The position numbers and the translations under genes were made by a program. A stretch of 64,000 nucleotides of DNA from a bacterium (GTDB taxonomy: Bacteria > Patescibacteriota > Minisyncoccia > Phycocordibacterales > UBA1006): positions 23,378-87,377 of the forward strand of contig JAUIMI010000001.1 of the NCBI GenBank assembly GCA_030433255.1, written 5' to 3'. How positions within the stretch are numbered: position 1 is the stretch's first letter; each line of letters begins with the position of its first letter. The notes under the pieces are model-generated. The model ran no database searches. It saw only the letters and a program-made list of their open reading frames with translations, and had not been told where the DNA came from. Shown here in pieces: positions 38,999 through 49,350 of this stretch.

Positions 38999-39769
38999 AT
39001 GAATAATAAAGATACACAGAGTTCTCAAGACGGTGTTTATACACCAGAGCCACGTGTTTACGAATTGGGATATTTACTTATGCCAAGCGTAAATGAAGAG
39101 AACCTAGAAACAGAGCGCGATGCGCTTGTGGCTCTTATTACTAAATTTAAAGGAATTGTTATTTCAGAAGGGCAACCTCAGTTGATTGATTTGGCATATG
39201 ATATGTCAAAAGTTATCAACAACAAGAAGCAAACATATACTCAAGCATACTTTGGTTGGATTAAGTTTGACGTAACTCCAGATGCAATTGATTCTCTTAT
39301 TGAAGAAGTTGAAGAAGGCGAATCATTAATTCGCTCAATCATGACAAAGACAGTTCGAGAAAATACTCTTACTTCTGATCAACCATTCAAATTAGCTAAA
39401 TTAAATAAAAGCTTAGATGATTCAGATGAAGAAGATTTCGGAGGGGCTGAATTAGTTGATGAACCAGATACTGATGATTCATCAGAAGATTCTGAGGAAT
39501 CACCAGCACCACAATCAATTTCTGATGATTTAACAAAAATTGAAGGTATTGGTCCAGTTATTGCTGAACTATTAAATAAAAAAGGAATCCACACCTATGC
39601 TGATTTATCATCATCAAAGGTTGGAGACTTACGTGATTATCTTGCAGATGCAGGTCTTTCAGGTCATGATCCAAAAACTTGGTCAAAACAAGGAACATTG
39701 GCTAAGAATGAAAAATGGGATGATCTTGCAAAACTCCAAGATGAATTAATAGGTGGAAAAGAAGCATAG
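38999..39769 (+). CDS. rpsF: Ribosomal protein S6 with an acidic linker and a C-terminal helix-hairpin-helix-like extension
   Basis: S6-like N-terminal ~110 aa and the S6-ssb-S18 gene order; the C-terminus IEGIGPVIAELLNKKGIHTYADL is HhH-like. Confidence 0.7.
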   Translation: MNNKDTQSSQDGVYTPEPRVYELGYLLMPSVNEENLETERDALVALITKFKGIVISEGQPQLIDLAYDMSKVINNKKQTYTQAYFGWIKFDVTPDAIDSLIEEVEEGESLIRSIMTKTVRENTLTSDQPFKLAKLNKSLDDSDEEDFGGAELVDEPDTDDSSEDSEESPAPQSISDDLTKIEGIGPVIAELLNKKGIHTYADLSSSKVGDLRDYLADAGLSGHDPKTWSKQGTLAKNEKWDDLAKLQDELIGGKEA

Positions 39770-39838
39770 TACTCTCATATTGATACCATCGTAAAAATGG
39801 TATACTGCATATAGTTATTATCTAATTATTTTTTACCT

Positions 39839-40288
39839 ATGTATTTAAACAAAGCAACACTTATTGGAAATCTTACAAGAGATCCAGAACTAAAAACTCT
39901 TCCTTCAGGAATCAAGGTTACTAATTTTTCATTAGCAACGAATCGTGTTTGGACAAAAGACGGTCAACGACAAGAAGCGGTAGACTATCACAATGTTGTT
40001 GTGTTTGGTCGTCAAGCTGAAACATCTGCTCAATACCTTAAAAAAGGTTCACAAGCTATGGTAGAAGGGCGAATGCAAACACGTTCATGGGACGATGCCG
40101 GAACGGGTAAAAAAATGTACCGTACTGAAGTTATTGCGGATAGTGTACAATTTGGAAATCGACCACAAGGAGTTGGAAATATGTCACCACAGTCTGAAAA
40201 TCCAGTTTCAGCACCAACAGATGATACTCCAATTGATTCTATTGATTATCCAGAAGAAGATATTAACCCAGAAGATATTCCTTTTTAG
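39839..40288 (+). CDS. ssb: Single-stranded DNA-binding protein
   Basis: OB-fold N-terminus MYLNKATLIGNLTRDPEL; acidic C-terminal tail ending DIPF. Confidence 0.8.
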   Translation: MYLNKATLIGNLTRDPELKTLPSGIKVTNFSLATNRVWTKDGQRQEAVDYHNVVVFGRQAETSAQYLKKGSQAMVEGRMQTRSWDDAGTGKKMYRTEVIADSVQFGNRPQGVGNMSPQSENPVSAPTDDTPIDSIDYPEEDINPEDIPF

Positions 40289-40346
40289 GCATTCACCTGC
40301 TTAAGGGTAACAATTTACTTTTTATTAAAAATTAACCTATACTTGT

Positions 40347-40550
40347 ATGAAACAACACTGCTATTTCAAGCAAAACAACATCAAGCATATTGATTATAAA
40401 GATACTGAGCTGTTAAAGAAATTTTTAACCCCAAACGCTCGTATCATGGGTCGCAAACGAACAGGTACATCTGCAAAGATGCAACGTCAATTGGCTCAAG
40501 CAATCAAACGTGCACGATTTATGGGACTTCTTCCATATATTCGATCATAA
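40347..40550 (+). CDS. rpsR: Ribosomal protein S18
   Basis: IDYKD...LKKF...G.I..RR.TG......QR.L..AIKRAR.M.LLPY. Confidence 0.8.
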   Translation: MKQHCYFKQNNIKHIDYKDTELLKKFLTPNARIMGRKRTGTSAKMQRQLAQAIKRARFMGLLPYIRS

Positions 40551-40577
40551 AAAACACTCTTAATAGTGTTTTTTATT
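40549..40577 (+). terminator. Terminator AACACTC-ttaat-AGTGTTTTTTATTT
   Basis: Stem plus T-run. Confidence 0.5.
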
Positions 40578-40593
40578 TGGTATAATCCTATAT

Positions 40594-40851
40594 ATGGAAA
40601 ATTTTATTTCAAAAATTAAAAAAACCACTCAAGTTATTAAACAAGCTCCTGTTAATTTACACAAAGAATTTATCAAAAAAACTTCCTTAGGTTTAGATAG
40701 ATCTATTCCACAACCAAACCCTATGGATAATACTATTGATGAAGTAAAAACATACTACGATAATCATGAAGTAGAAAATAACAAAACACCAGAACTAGAA
40801 ACCGGTTCAGTTAAAAATAGTAATACAAATGATATTAATCTTGCCGCATAA
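40594..40851 (+). CDS. Hypothetical small protein
   Basis: ORF only. Confidence 0.3.
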   Translation: MENFISKIKKTTQVIKQAPVNLHKEFIKKTSLGLDRSIPQPNPMDNTIDEVKTYYDNHEVENNKTPELETGSVKNSNTNDINLAA

Positions 40852-40853
40852 TA

Positions 40854-40889
40854 AAAAATAACAACCATGAACATGGTTGTTATTTTTTA
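40854..40889. terminator. Bidirectional terminator AATAACAACCATG-aa-CATGGTTGTTATT
   Basis: Perfect 13-bp stem between convergent genes. Confidence 0.6.
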
Positions 40890-41471
40890 TGCCTTACTTA
40901 CTCGTTCAGTATATTCTCCTGTATCAGTATTTACTGCAATAATATCTCCAACATTAATAAACAAAGGTACGGTAACCTTTAATCCTGTTTTTGTAGTAAC
41001 GAGTTTATCTCCACCTGTTGCAGTATTTCCTTTAACAGCAGGTGGTGCTTCGGTAACTTCTAATTCAATTTTAATTGGAAGGTTTACTCCTGTAATAACC
41101 TCTTCATCGTTATCATTGGTAAAGATTGAAAATTCAACAGTATCTCCTTCTAATATATAATTAATAGCGTTTCCAATCACCTCACTATCTATAGGGAATC
41201 TATCTGACTTATCGCCTTCAGCATGGAACCAGAGTTCAGTGCCTTTTGAATAAATATACACGTAATTCTTTTTAGACATGTCGGCTTCATCAACCTTATC
41301 TGACATGTGGAAGGTGTGTTCAACAACACGACCATTCATCAGTGATTTTAGTTTTGTTTTATTAACAGGTTTATTGGCTTGTTTTCGCGATACTTGTGCT
41401 GATATTACCTCATACGGTTCATCATCCAGTAATATATATTTTCTTTCTTTGATTTCATTATAGTTCAACAT
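40887..41471 (-). CDS. efp: Elongation factor P
   Basis: Typical EF-P N-terminus, length and three-domain layout. Confidence 0.8.
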   Translation of the reverse strand: MLNYNEIKERKYILLDDEPYEVISAQVSRKQANKPVNKTKLKSLMNGRVVEHTFHMSDKVDEADMSKKNYVYIYSKGTELWFHAEGDKSDRFPIDSEVIGNAINYILEGDTVEFSIFTNDNDEEVITGVNLPIKIELEVTEAPPAVKGNTATGGDKLVTTKTGLKVTVPLFINVGDIIAVNTDTGEYTERVSKA

Positions 41472-41538
41472 ATAAGTGTATAGTAATAGGGAAGTATATT
41501 TTTCGCAAGAAAAAATACGAACACGTCGTTCGTATTTT

Positions 41539-41868
41539 TTAAATTGTTTTTATGTATTGTTGAGGTATTTGACCTCTTTCTTCAAAATAGGCAATTTTTT
41601 TAAATACTGAAAAAGATTTTTGAGAAAACATTGTCCATGTATTTTTAAAGAAAAAATTACCTTGCCAGTATCTTGGTTCTTTATTGAACACAGTAACCGT
41701 GTATACTTTCCCTTTTAAAATTTTTCTAAAGGTGAAAGATACAATCCACCAATTATTATCATCATCTTTTTTTAAAATAGCGTATTGAGAGATGTCTTTG
41801 ATAAAAACGCTTATGATATTTTTTGTATGCACATTATGAAGAGTACATACGTGAGTTTTATTCTTCAT
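41539..41868 (-). CDS. Hypothetical protein
   Basis: ORF only; preceded by the hairpin ATACGAAC-acgtc-GTTCGTAT at 41517-41537. Confidence 0.3.
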   Translation of the reverse strand: MKNKTHVCTLHNVHTKNIISVFIKDISQYAILKKDDDNNWWIVSFTFRKILKGKVYTVTVFNKEPRYWQGNFFFKNTWTMFSQKSFSVFKKIAYFEERGQIPQQYIKTI

Positions 41869-42195
41869 AATATATGTCTTATTTTTTTATTATTATTACA
41901 GTTTTTCAAAAAAAATCTATTTTAAAACCGCTCTTTATATTATATAAAAAGCGGTCTGAGGTTTTTACATAGGAAAGCGAATTTCTTTTCCTTCTAAAAG
42001 AAAGTTACCTTGTTCATCAAAGAATAGTTCTTTTCTAAGTTTTTGGTACTTTTTTTCTTGTCTTGCAAAGTATGCTCTTAACAAGATAATTGAAATAATG
42101 AATAGTAATCCAGTTGCTGTTAATGCCATAATCAATTTATTTTGAATGTTAACTTAATATTATTAAACACTTTTATTTTTTAAAAGTCAATTTTT

Positions 42196-43929
42196 TTAAA
42201 GTGTAGAAATAATATCTACTATTTTAATCCTCATTTCATGTTTACCCATAAATACTGAGTGTTCTATGTGACCAACAAGATGTATAGGCTGACCTCTTTT
42301 GGGTGCACAAGGGTAATCATCTGGTTGTTTAAAGAAAGCAATTGCTCTCACTTCTTTTCCAAAATTATTTTTAAATCGAATATCAATATGCTCCTTTGTT
42401 TTTCCAAATTGGTTAACACCTGTTGGGATAACATCTTTCCAGATAAATAATGGTTTTTCATTTGCCACACCAAATGGAGCAAGCTTTTGTATTTCGTTAA
42501 ATGTTTTTTTGGTTATGCTATCTAAGAGCATTTCTGTATCAATCGTTATTGTTTTTTTATTTTCTATTGTTTTCTTGGTTGAAACCGCAATAAGTGCTTT
42601 CTCTAATCGTTCTTGTAGGAAATGAATTTCTTTTTTATCACAGCTAAATCCACCAGCCTCAGCATGACCACCGAATTGCAAAAACGAACCTGTTTCAGCT
42701 GCATTCATGATGTCTAATAGGTGTATTCCATTCCACGTTCTACATGATCCTTTAATTTCACCATGCTCTTCACTCCAAACAAAAACAGGAACATGATATT
42801 TTTCTACGAGTTTTGATGCAACAAGCCCTAGTATACCTGCCTGCCAATCAGGAGAACCTATTACTAGAACATCCCCAACGGTTCGGTTCGACAATTTTGC
42901 ATAGGCTTGTTTCATTGTTTGTGCGACTAGTTTTTTTCGTTTGTTATTTAAATCAACAAGGTGCCTAACTGCTGTTTCTGCTTCAATATCATTGTGTGCT
43001 CGAAAAACTGCTACAGCATCCTCTGGGTGACTCATACGTGACGCAGCGTTTATTTTAGGAGTAATACCAAAAGCAATATCTTCTGCGTTCATGTGGTTGA
43101 TACTTATTCCTGCGTCCCAAATAAGTTTTTTAAGTCCAGGCCGCTTTGTTTTTTGTATTACTTGCATCCCATATTTTGCAAGTATTCTATTTTCATTTTG
43201 CAGTGGTACTAAATCAGATATTGTTGAAATACCAACCATATCAAGTTGCCATTTTTCCCAACCAGTATGAATGTCGTATTGTTGGTTGTATTTTTGAACG
43301 AATGCTTGGATTAACTTATATATTACACCGCACCCACATAACATAGGGTCTGGATAACGACATTCATTTCGCTTTGGGTTAATGAGTGAGAATGAGTTTG
43401 GTAATCTCTCGTCTCCATTACTATCTTTTCCGGGTAGGTGGTGGTCGGTAATAATTAAATCAATGTGATTTTTCATACACCAATCAGCAGCATCATAACC
43501 AGTAATTCCTACATCAATTGTAATAATAAGCGATGTCCCAGATTCTTTTATTTTTTTTAATGCATCAACATGAATTCCGTATCCTTCATCATGGCGGTGG
43601 GGAATATAGATATCATAATTTGTAAATGTAATCTTATCAAAAAGAGATGCAAGAATTACTGAACCAGGAATTCCATCTGCATCATAATCAGCATAAATCG
43701 TTATTTTTTCATTTGATTGGATTGCGGTATGTATTCTTTCTAGACTCTTTTTCATATCATATAACAAGAAAGGGTCATAGTTATTCTCGTAATCAGGATG
43801 AATAAACGCGTTGGCTTGCTGTAGTGTTTCAAGATTACGATTTAATAGTAATTGCGAAAGAAGAGGAGAGAAGTGGTTTAATAATTCATGTTCTTTTGGA
43901 ATTTTTTTTGCAAGAGAGTAATGATTCAT
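42196..43929 (-). CDS. recJ: Single-stranded-DNA-specific exonuclease RecJ
   Basis: DHH motifs (DYDADGI, ITDHH), DHHA1 region GGHAEAGG. Confidence 0.85.
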   Translation of the reverse strand: MNHYSLAKKIPKEHELLNHFSPLLSQLLLNRNLETLQQANAFIHPDYENNYDPFLLYDMKKSLERIHTAIQSNEKITIYADYDADGIPGSVILASLFDKITFTNYDIYIPHRHDEGYGIHVDALKKIKESGTSLIITIDVGITGYDAADWCMKNHIDLIITDHHLPGKDSNGDERLPNSFSLINPKRNECRYPDPMLCGCGVIYKLIQAFVQKYNQQYDIHTGWEKWQLDMVGISTISDLVPLQNENRILAKYGMQVIQKTKRPGLKKLIWDAGISINHMNAEDIAFGITPKINAASRMSHPEDAVAVFRAHNDIEAETAVRHLVDLNNKRKKLVAQTMKQAYAKLSNRTVGDVLVIGSPDWQAGILGLVASKLVEKYHVPVFVWSEEHGEIKGSCRTWNGIHLLDIMNAAETGSFLQFGGHAEAGGFSCDKKEIHFLQERLEKALIAVSTKKTIENKKTITIDTEMLLDSITKKTFNEIQKLAPFGVANEKPLFIWKDVIPTGVNQFGKTKEHIDIRFKNNFGKEVRAIAFFKQPDDYPCAPKRGQPIHLVGHIEHSVFMGKHEMRIKIVDIISTL

Positions 43930-44012
43930 GTGTCATAGTATACCATGCTGTAATTTTGCTTATTTAAAAATAGTTGGTATACTGAAAACTAATCTAAAAT
44001 TTAATATATACT

Positions 44013-44540
44013 ATGGGACTAACTGAACTACCAATCAAAAGAAGAAGACAAGAATTAGAAAAGCAGAAGTTAAAAATTATTTTGGAAAAAATTCAGGAAG
44101 GTAAAGTTTTTGAAGACTTATACTCTTTATTTGATTCAATACAAACTCAAGAACTTTTAGAGGGCAAGAATAGAGCTATTGATAATATAACCTTAGATAG
44201 ATATATTTTCTTATCTCTTGATCTCGAAAAAACTAAAAAATATCGAGAATTTTCATCTGACTTTATTGAATTTTTATCATTTTCAAGCGAAAAAATTAGT
44301 GCGTTTAATCTTCGCAAAAAAACTTCGCAAAAAATGATGTCTAATGCTTTAAATATTATCCTCTTAGAAAAAAGGATACCTGCTCTTGTTGAGGCGTGGT
44401 TTACTGCTCCTGACGGATCATTAATTAAAATATTAATTATGAGAAAAATTTTACAAAATTTCTTTCAAGTTGACCCAGGAGGCAAAAATATTAGTTCTCT
44501 GAAACAAGAGGTTCATAACCGTAAAAAACAATTAGCTTAA
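44013..44540 (+). CDS. Hypothetical protein
   Basis: ORF only. Confidence 0.35.
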   Translation: MGLTELPIKRRRQELEKQKLKIILEKIQEGKVFEDLYSLFDSIQTQELLEGKNRAIDNITLDRYIFLSLDLEKTKKYREFSSDFIEFLSFSSEKISAFNLRKKTSQKMMSNALNIILLEKRIPALVEAWFTAPDGSLIKILIMRKILQNFFQVDPGGKNISSLKQEVHNRKKQLA

Positions 44541-44602
44541 TTCTTGTGCATGCTTATATTCTGAGCATGCACTTTTTAAATGGTAAGTGTTATGATGTTA
44601 TT

Positions 44603-44968
44603 ATGTTAGAAAAAACAGTATTTAAAAAAATAATTGATGGTGAAATCCCATGTCATAAAATTTATGAAGATGAACATTTTCTTGTATTTTTAGATGCCTT
44701 TCCTAAAAACCCAGGTCACACCCTTGTTATACCGAAACAAGAAACATTATGGGTATGGGATGTTAATTTATATGATGAATATTTCAAGCTTGTTCGAACA
44801 ATTGCCAGGGCACAACAAAAAGCATTTGATATTGATATGATACTTATGTTGGTTCATGGAGAAGAAGTACCCCATGCACACGTGCATTTACGTCCACAAA
44901 TTGAAAATGACGGAACTGAAAAAGATTTTGAATATATAGCCGATAAAATTAAAAAAGCCCTTAGCTAG
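44603..44968 (+). CDS. HIT-family nucleotide hydrolase
   Basis: Histidine triad HAHVHL and N-terminal FKKIIDGEIP. Confidence 0.75.
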   Translation: MLEKTVFKKIIDGEIPCHKIYEDEHFLVFLDAFPKNPGHTLVIPKQETLWVWDVNLYDEYFKLVRTIARAQQKAFDIDMILMLVHGEEVPHAHVHLRPQIENDGTEKDFEYIADKIKKALS

Positions 44969-44980
44969 GGCTTTTGTTTA

Positions 44981-45361
44981 TTATTTTTTCTCGAAAACGT
45001 TTAATTCAATTAAAACATTTTTTAAGTCATTGTATGCCATACTTGCTCCTTCAGCAAAGGTATACCCCATTACGATAGGATATATACTCATTGCATTTTC
45101 ACTTATAATCTCCTTTTTAAAGGTGATCATAATGTCTTGAAATTCAGCTTTTAGTTTATTGAATTCAATATTTCTCAGTGCGTTTGCGATTGCAATTTGT
45201 TCATTCAACATAATTCCTGCTTCGACCTTATTGTTTTCAGCAGCGTTTTTTAATTTTTCTGCGTTTATTTTAAGGTATTTAATTTTTTCTACTTCCTTAA
45301 AATAATCAGAAAATACTTTTTTTTGTGCTTCACTAAGTGCTAATAAGTTTGTTGTTCTCAT
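44981..45361 (-). CDS. Hypothetical protein
   Basis: ORF only. Confidence 0.35.
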   Translation of the reverse strand: MRTTNLLALSEAQKKVFSDYFKEVEKIKYLKINAEKLKNAAENNKVEAGIMLNEQIAIANALRNIEFNKLKAEFQDIMITFKKEIISENAMSIYPIVMGYTFAEGASMAYNDLKNVLIELNVFEKK

Positions 45362-45449
45362 ATCGTATCGTGTATTAAATTTTAGATTTCCAATGTAGCA
45401 TATTTTTTATAAATGAAAAGCCAGAAATTCTGGCTTGTTGTTTGTTTAT

Positions 45450-45899
45450 TTATGAAAATAATTCTGTTTCAAGAAGTGCCGTAATTCGCTTAGTGAGATT
45501 TTGTATACCGCCTAATTCAATAATTCTAGCATCAATTTTCCCATTGAATTTTTGGTTTTCAAAATTATAAAATAGATTTAATAAATCTCTACTAACCCTA
45601 CTTGCACCAATGTATTTTTGACAGTTTTCAAAATGTTTGAGAGTTTCTCTTGTTACATTAAATTTCTCAAAAAGTTTTTGAATATGGGTAAAACGTTGCA
45701 CCGTCCTTTTTTTAAAAAGCGTGTATTGTCGTTTAATTGATGGTGGAGTATCTTCACGCAGCTGTGTTTTATCTTCCGATACATATGGCATTGCTACTTT
45801 TTTTAAGAAATCATGGTATTTCATAATTGCTTGTACGTTTTCTTTATATTGTTGTGTATGTACTATTGCATACAAAGATATAAAAATATGTTCATTCAT
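45450..45899 (-). CDS. Hypothetical protein
   Basis: ORF only. Confidence 0.35.
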   Translation of the reverse strand: MNEHIFISLYAIVHTQQYKENVQAIMKYHDFLKKVAMPYVSEDKTQLREDTPPSIKRQYTLFKKRTVQRFTHIQKLFEKFNVTRETLKHFENCQKYIGASRVSRDLLNLFYNFENQKFNGKIDARIIELGGIQNLTKRITALLETELFS

Positions 45900-45923
45900 A
45901 ATTTGCTATTAATTTTTTAGTTA

Positions 45924-47447
45924 TTGTTCATTATTCATACTATAATGAAATACATGTTGGTCAAGACCTTAACGTCAATTGCTATTGGATTTCTTTCTGG
46001 TGTTTTTGCTCATTCTATATTTTTCTCGGAGCAGTTTTCTTTAATAATTATGACAACCATTATTGCCATTGGAGTTATTTTATCTTTGTTTAAAAAACAT
46101 ATTATTATTTTGATAGGTGTTTTTATTATTGGTTTTTCCTTGGGTTGTTTGAGGTTTTCTTCTTCAATAAACACTAATCAGGCTGATATTTTTGATGTAT
46201 TTGTTTCTGAAAATCAGGACATTGCTGTTCGCGGAAGTATTACATCAGATCCCATTAATACCCCCTCGTATACTCAGTTTTATCTTGATGTTGAGGGAAT
46301 TATAACAAGAGAAGGTAATTTATTATCCGCACCAACTCGTGTGTTAATTACTACAGATAATTATACTCAGTATGGGTATGGTCAAATAGTTGAGGTATAT
46401 GGGACTATTCAAAAACCAGATTCATTTATTACTGATACGAATAGAGTTTTTAATTACGAATCTTATTTATCAAAAGATGGTGTATATTACGTAATTCGTT
46501 TTGCAGAAACAAACATCATAAATAATGGTCCACAGAGTATCCAGAGAATTTTGTTTTCTTTTAAGAAAAAATTTCTCTATCAAATATATCGATATATCCC
46601 AGAACCAGAATCGGGACTTCTCGCTGGTATACTGTTTGGTGAAAAATCTGCATTGAGTAATGAACTCGAAGAAAAATTTAGAATTGTTGGATTGATGCAT
46701 ATTGTCGTACTCTCTGGATATAATGTGTCGTTAGTTATTCAAATTTTTACAAAAGCCTTAAGGTTCTTACCACGAGGGATACGTTCTTTTTTGGCGGTGA
46801 TCAGTATTGCAGGGTTTGCACTATTGGTTGGTGCAGGACCTACGGTTATTCGTGCTTCTATTATGGCAGTATTTATTGTTCTTGCTGATGTATTGGGGGC
46901 ACGTTACCATATCACTCGTGCCTTATTTGTTGCAGGAGTATGTATGGTTATCTGGAATCCTATGATTCTCTACTTTGATATTTCATTTCAACTCTCGTTT
47001 TTGGCAACATACGGCTTAATTGTCGTGTCTCCTATTGTTGAACGTTGGTTACAGCGATTACCTCAATTTTTAGCTATTCGAGAAAGTGCTGTTGCTACCG
47101 TTTCTGCACAAATCATGGTTGCACCTCTGATTATTTATAGTATTGGTGAATTTTCATTAATTTCTCCTGTGGTTAATGTACTTGTGTTGTTTGCAGTACC
47201 TATAGCTATGCTTATTGGTTTTATCACCGCAGTAAGTGGGATGATTGTTCCATCTCTTGCCAATGTATTAGCAGTTATTTCTACCTATCTCTTGAAATAT
47301 CAATTATGGGTTGTTGAAATATTTGCAGATATACCTTTTGCACATATTACTATTCCTCCTTTTCATTGGGTAATCATGTTGGTTTTATACGTTGGAATTT
47401 TTTGGTGGGTTTTTAAAATACATAATTCATATACTCATAAAATATGA
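45924..47447 (+). CDS. comEC: ComEC/Rec2 competence channel, membrane (DUF4131 + competence) portion, lacking a fused MBL domain
   Basis: Many TM helices and conserved GLMHIVVLSGYNVS / LLVGAGPTVIRA segments. Confidence 0.7.
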   Translation: MFIIHTIMKYMLVKTLTSIAIGFLSGVFAHSIFFSEQFSLIIMTTIIAIGVILSLFKKHIIILIGVFIIGFSLGCLRFSSSINTNQADIFDVFVSENQDIAVRGSITSDPINTPSYTQFYLDVEGIITREGNLLSAPTRVLITTDNYTQYGYGQIVEVYGTIQKPDSFITDTNRVFNYESYLSKDGVYYVIRFAETNIINNGPQSIQRILFSFKKKFLYQIYRYIPEPESGLLAGILFGEKSALSNELEEKFRIVGLMHIVVLSGYNVSLVIQIFTKALRFLPRGIRSFLAVISIAGFALLVGAGPTVIRASIMAVFIVLADVLGARYHITRALFVAGVCMVIWNPMILYFDISFQLSFLATYGLIVVSPIVERWLQRLPQFLAIRESAVATVSAQIMVAPLIIYSIGEFSLISPVVNVLVLFAVPIAMLIGFITAVSGMIVPSLANVLAVISTYLLKYQLWVVEIFADIPFAHITIPPFHWVIMLVLYVGIFWWVFKIHNSYTHKI

Positions 47448-47459
47448 TATGATACGGCA

Positions 47460-48041
47460 ATGGAAGTATCTAATAAAATTATTACTATTGCTGGAAAACT
47501 AGGTAGTGGTAAAAGTAGTGCTGCAAAACAAGTTGCAAAGATGCTAAATTTGCAGCATTTTTCTTCAGGAGATTTTTTGCGTCAAGTTGCGACAGAGCGA
47601 GGAATGAATATAAAAGAACTTATGATTGCAGCTGAAACCGACCCTCAGATTGATTATGATATTGATGCTGTTTTACAGAGTAAGTCTAATGAAGAAAATT
47701 TGATTATTGATTCTCGATTGGCTTTTCATTGGATACCAAAATCATTTAAGGTGTATCTTGAAATAGATCCTGATATTGCAGCAGAACGTATGCTTATTGA
47801 TTTAGATACTAATGAAAGTCGTCAACAATCTGAACATGCAAAAAACCTCTCAGAAATGAAACAAAATATGATAGAACGACATGAAAGTGATATTAAGCGC
47901 TATCAAAATCTATATCAATTGAATCATACTGATCACGCACATTTTGATTTAGTTATTAATACTGGAGATCCAAAAAATAATCTTGATGAGGTTGTTAAGC
48001 AAATTATTAATGGCTATCTAGAACATATAAAAAACACATAA
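47460..48041 (+). CDS. cmk: Cytidylate kinase-like P-loop kinase
   Basis: IITIAGKLGSGKSSAAKQVAKML P-loop; size and NMP-kinase layout. Confidence 0.65.
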   Translation: MEVSNKIITIAGKLGSGKSSAAKQVAKMLNLQHFSSGDFLRQVATERGMNIKELMIAAETDPQIDYDIDAVLQSKSNEENLIIDSRLAFHWIPKSFKVYLEIDPDIAAERMLIDLDTNESRQQSEHAKNLSEMKQNMIERHESDIKRYQNLYQLNHTDHAHFDLVINTGDPKNNLDEVVKQIINGYLEHIKNT

Positions 48042-48049
48042 ATACAAAT

Positions 48050-48934
48050 ATGTGTTTTTTATGTGACATAATAGATAGTATGAATACATGGATACGAGAA
48101 AATATTTTTTATATAAGTATCATTACTCTTATTATATCTAGTGTTTGGTTAGGATACCGTGCTCTTTATATATCATCAAACCTTGAAATAGTATTTCTTG
48201 ATGTTGGGCAGGGTGATGCGATATTAATTACAACGCCTCATGGACGACAGGTTGTTGTCGATACAGGGGCTAAAAATAATCTTGGTGTAAAATTAGCACC
48301 ATACATGTCGGTATCTGATAGGTCGATTGATATGGTTGTTATGACACATCCTGATTTGGACCATGTTGGTGGTATGATTTCTCTTTTAGATCGTTATGAT
48401 ATTGATGTAATTATGCACTCTGGTTTATTGGCAGGTGCACCAATATATTCTGCTATTGCAGAGAAGGTGAAACAACATACTATCCCAACGATTACAGGAG
48501 AAGCAGGTCAAGTAATTACCTTGGATAAAAATGTGTATCTTGAGATATATTCACCTCATATTAATTTAGCTTCATTTGAAGCAAATGATTATTCTATTGT
48601 TATGAGATTGGTGTACGGGAATACTTCGGTACTTTTGACTGGTGATGCAACAAAATCAATTGAATATGAGTTAGTTAATACATATGGAAACATATTAACT
48701 TCAGATATTCTTAAGGTAGGGCACCATGGTTCACAGACTTCGACGAGTGATTTATTTATTCAAACAGTGTCCCCTCAATACGGAATCATTTCTGCTGGAT
48801 GTGACAATCGGTTTGGTCATCCACATGGCAATGTATTGGCTACACTGTTTTCTGCACAAGTTCAGGTTTTAGATACTTGTAATGAGGGAGATATTATTTT
48901 TGAGAGTAATGGAGAAGGGTGGCAAAAGAAATAA
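48050..48934 (+). CDS. Metallo-beta-lactamase-fold protein corresponding to the ComEC C-terminal domain, with its own N-terminal TM helix
   Basis: MTHPDLDHVGG (HxHxDH) and GDAILI...; this is the ComEC-type MBL domain as a separate ORF. Confidence 0.7.
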   Translation: MCFLCDIIDSMNTWIRENIFYISIITLIISSVWLGYRALYISSNLEIVFLDVGQGDAILITTPHGRQVVVDTGAKNNLGVKLAPYMSVSDRSIDMVVMTHPDLDHVGGMISLLDRYDIDVIMHSGLLAGAPIYSAIAEKVKQHTIPTITGEAGQVITLDKNVYLEIYSPHINLASFEANDYSIVMRLVYGNTSVLLTGDATKSIEYELVNTYGNILTSDILKVGHHGSQTSTSDLFIQTVSPQYGIISAGCDNRFGHPHGNVLATLFSAQVQVLDTCNEGDIIFESNGEGWQKK

Positions 48935-48940
48935 CTTTAT

Positions 48941-48979
48941 AAGTAAAAAGCGAAGTATTTAATACTTCGCTTTTTACTT
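48941..48979. terminator. Bidirectional terminator, 19-bp near-perfect palindrome AAGTAAAAAGCGAAGTATT/AATACTTCGCTTTTTACTT
   Basis: Visible palindrome between convergent genes. Confidence 0.6.
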
Positions 48980-49223
48980 ATTTAATAACACCTGCTTTCT
49001 TGAGTGTTTTGTATGCTCCGTTCTTTTTGATGTTCTTGATTGCTTCAGTTGAAATTTTCATAACAAATGTTTGATCAAGTTCTGGAACGTATACACGTTT
49101 TTTTTGTAGGTTAGGGAACCGTCGTCGTTTTCCTGTTGGGTTAAACTCAGTAGCACGGGTTCGGTTACTGTAACCTCCACCAACTTGCGATCCTTTTCCT
49201 GTTATTGGACATGTTCGTGACAT
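48978..49223 (-). CDS. rpmB: Ribosomal protein L28
   Basis: MSRTCPITGKGSQVG...RRFPNL pattern. Confidence 0.75.
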   Translation of the reverse strand: MSRTCPITGKGSQVGGGYSNRTRATEFNPTGKRRRFPNLQKKRVYVPELDQTFVMKISTEAIKNIKKNGAYKTLKKAGVIK

Positions 49224-49350
49224 AATACTTTTTATGATTACAGGCCTTTTGTGACCCGCTTATAATGTTTCTGATATTAGCATAGGTTTTTAACTATGCA
49301 AGTGGTTTATGTAACTTTTAATTCTCATCGAACTGTCATATACTTTTTCT

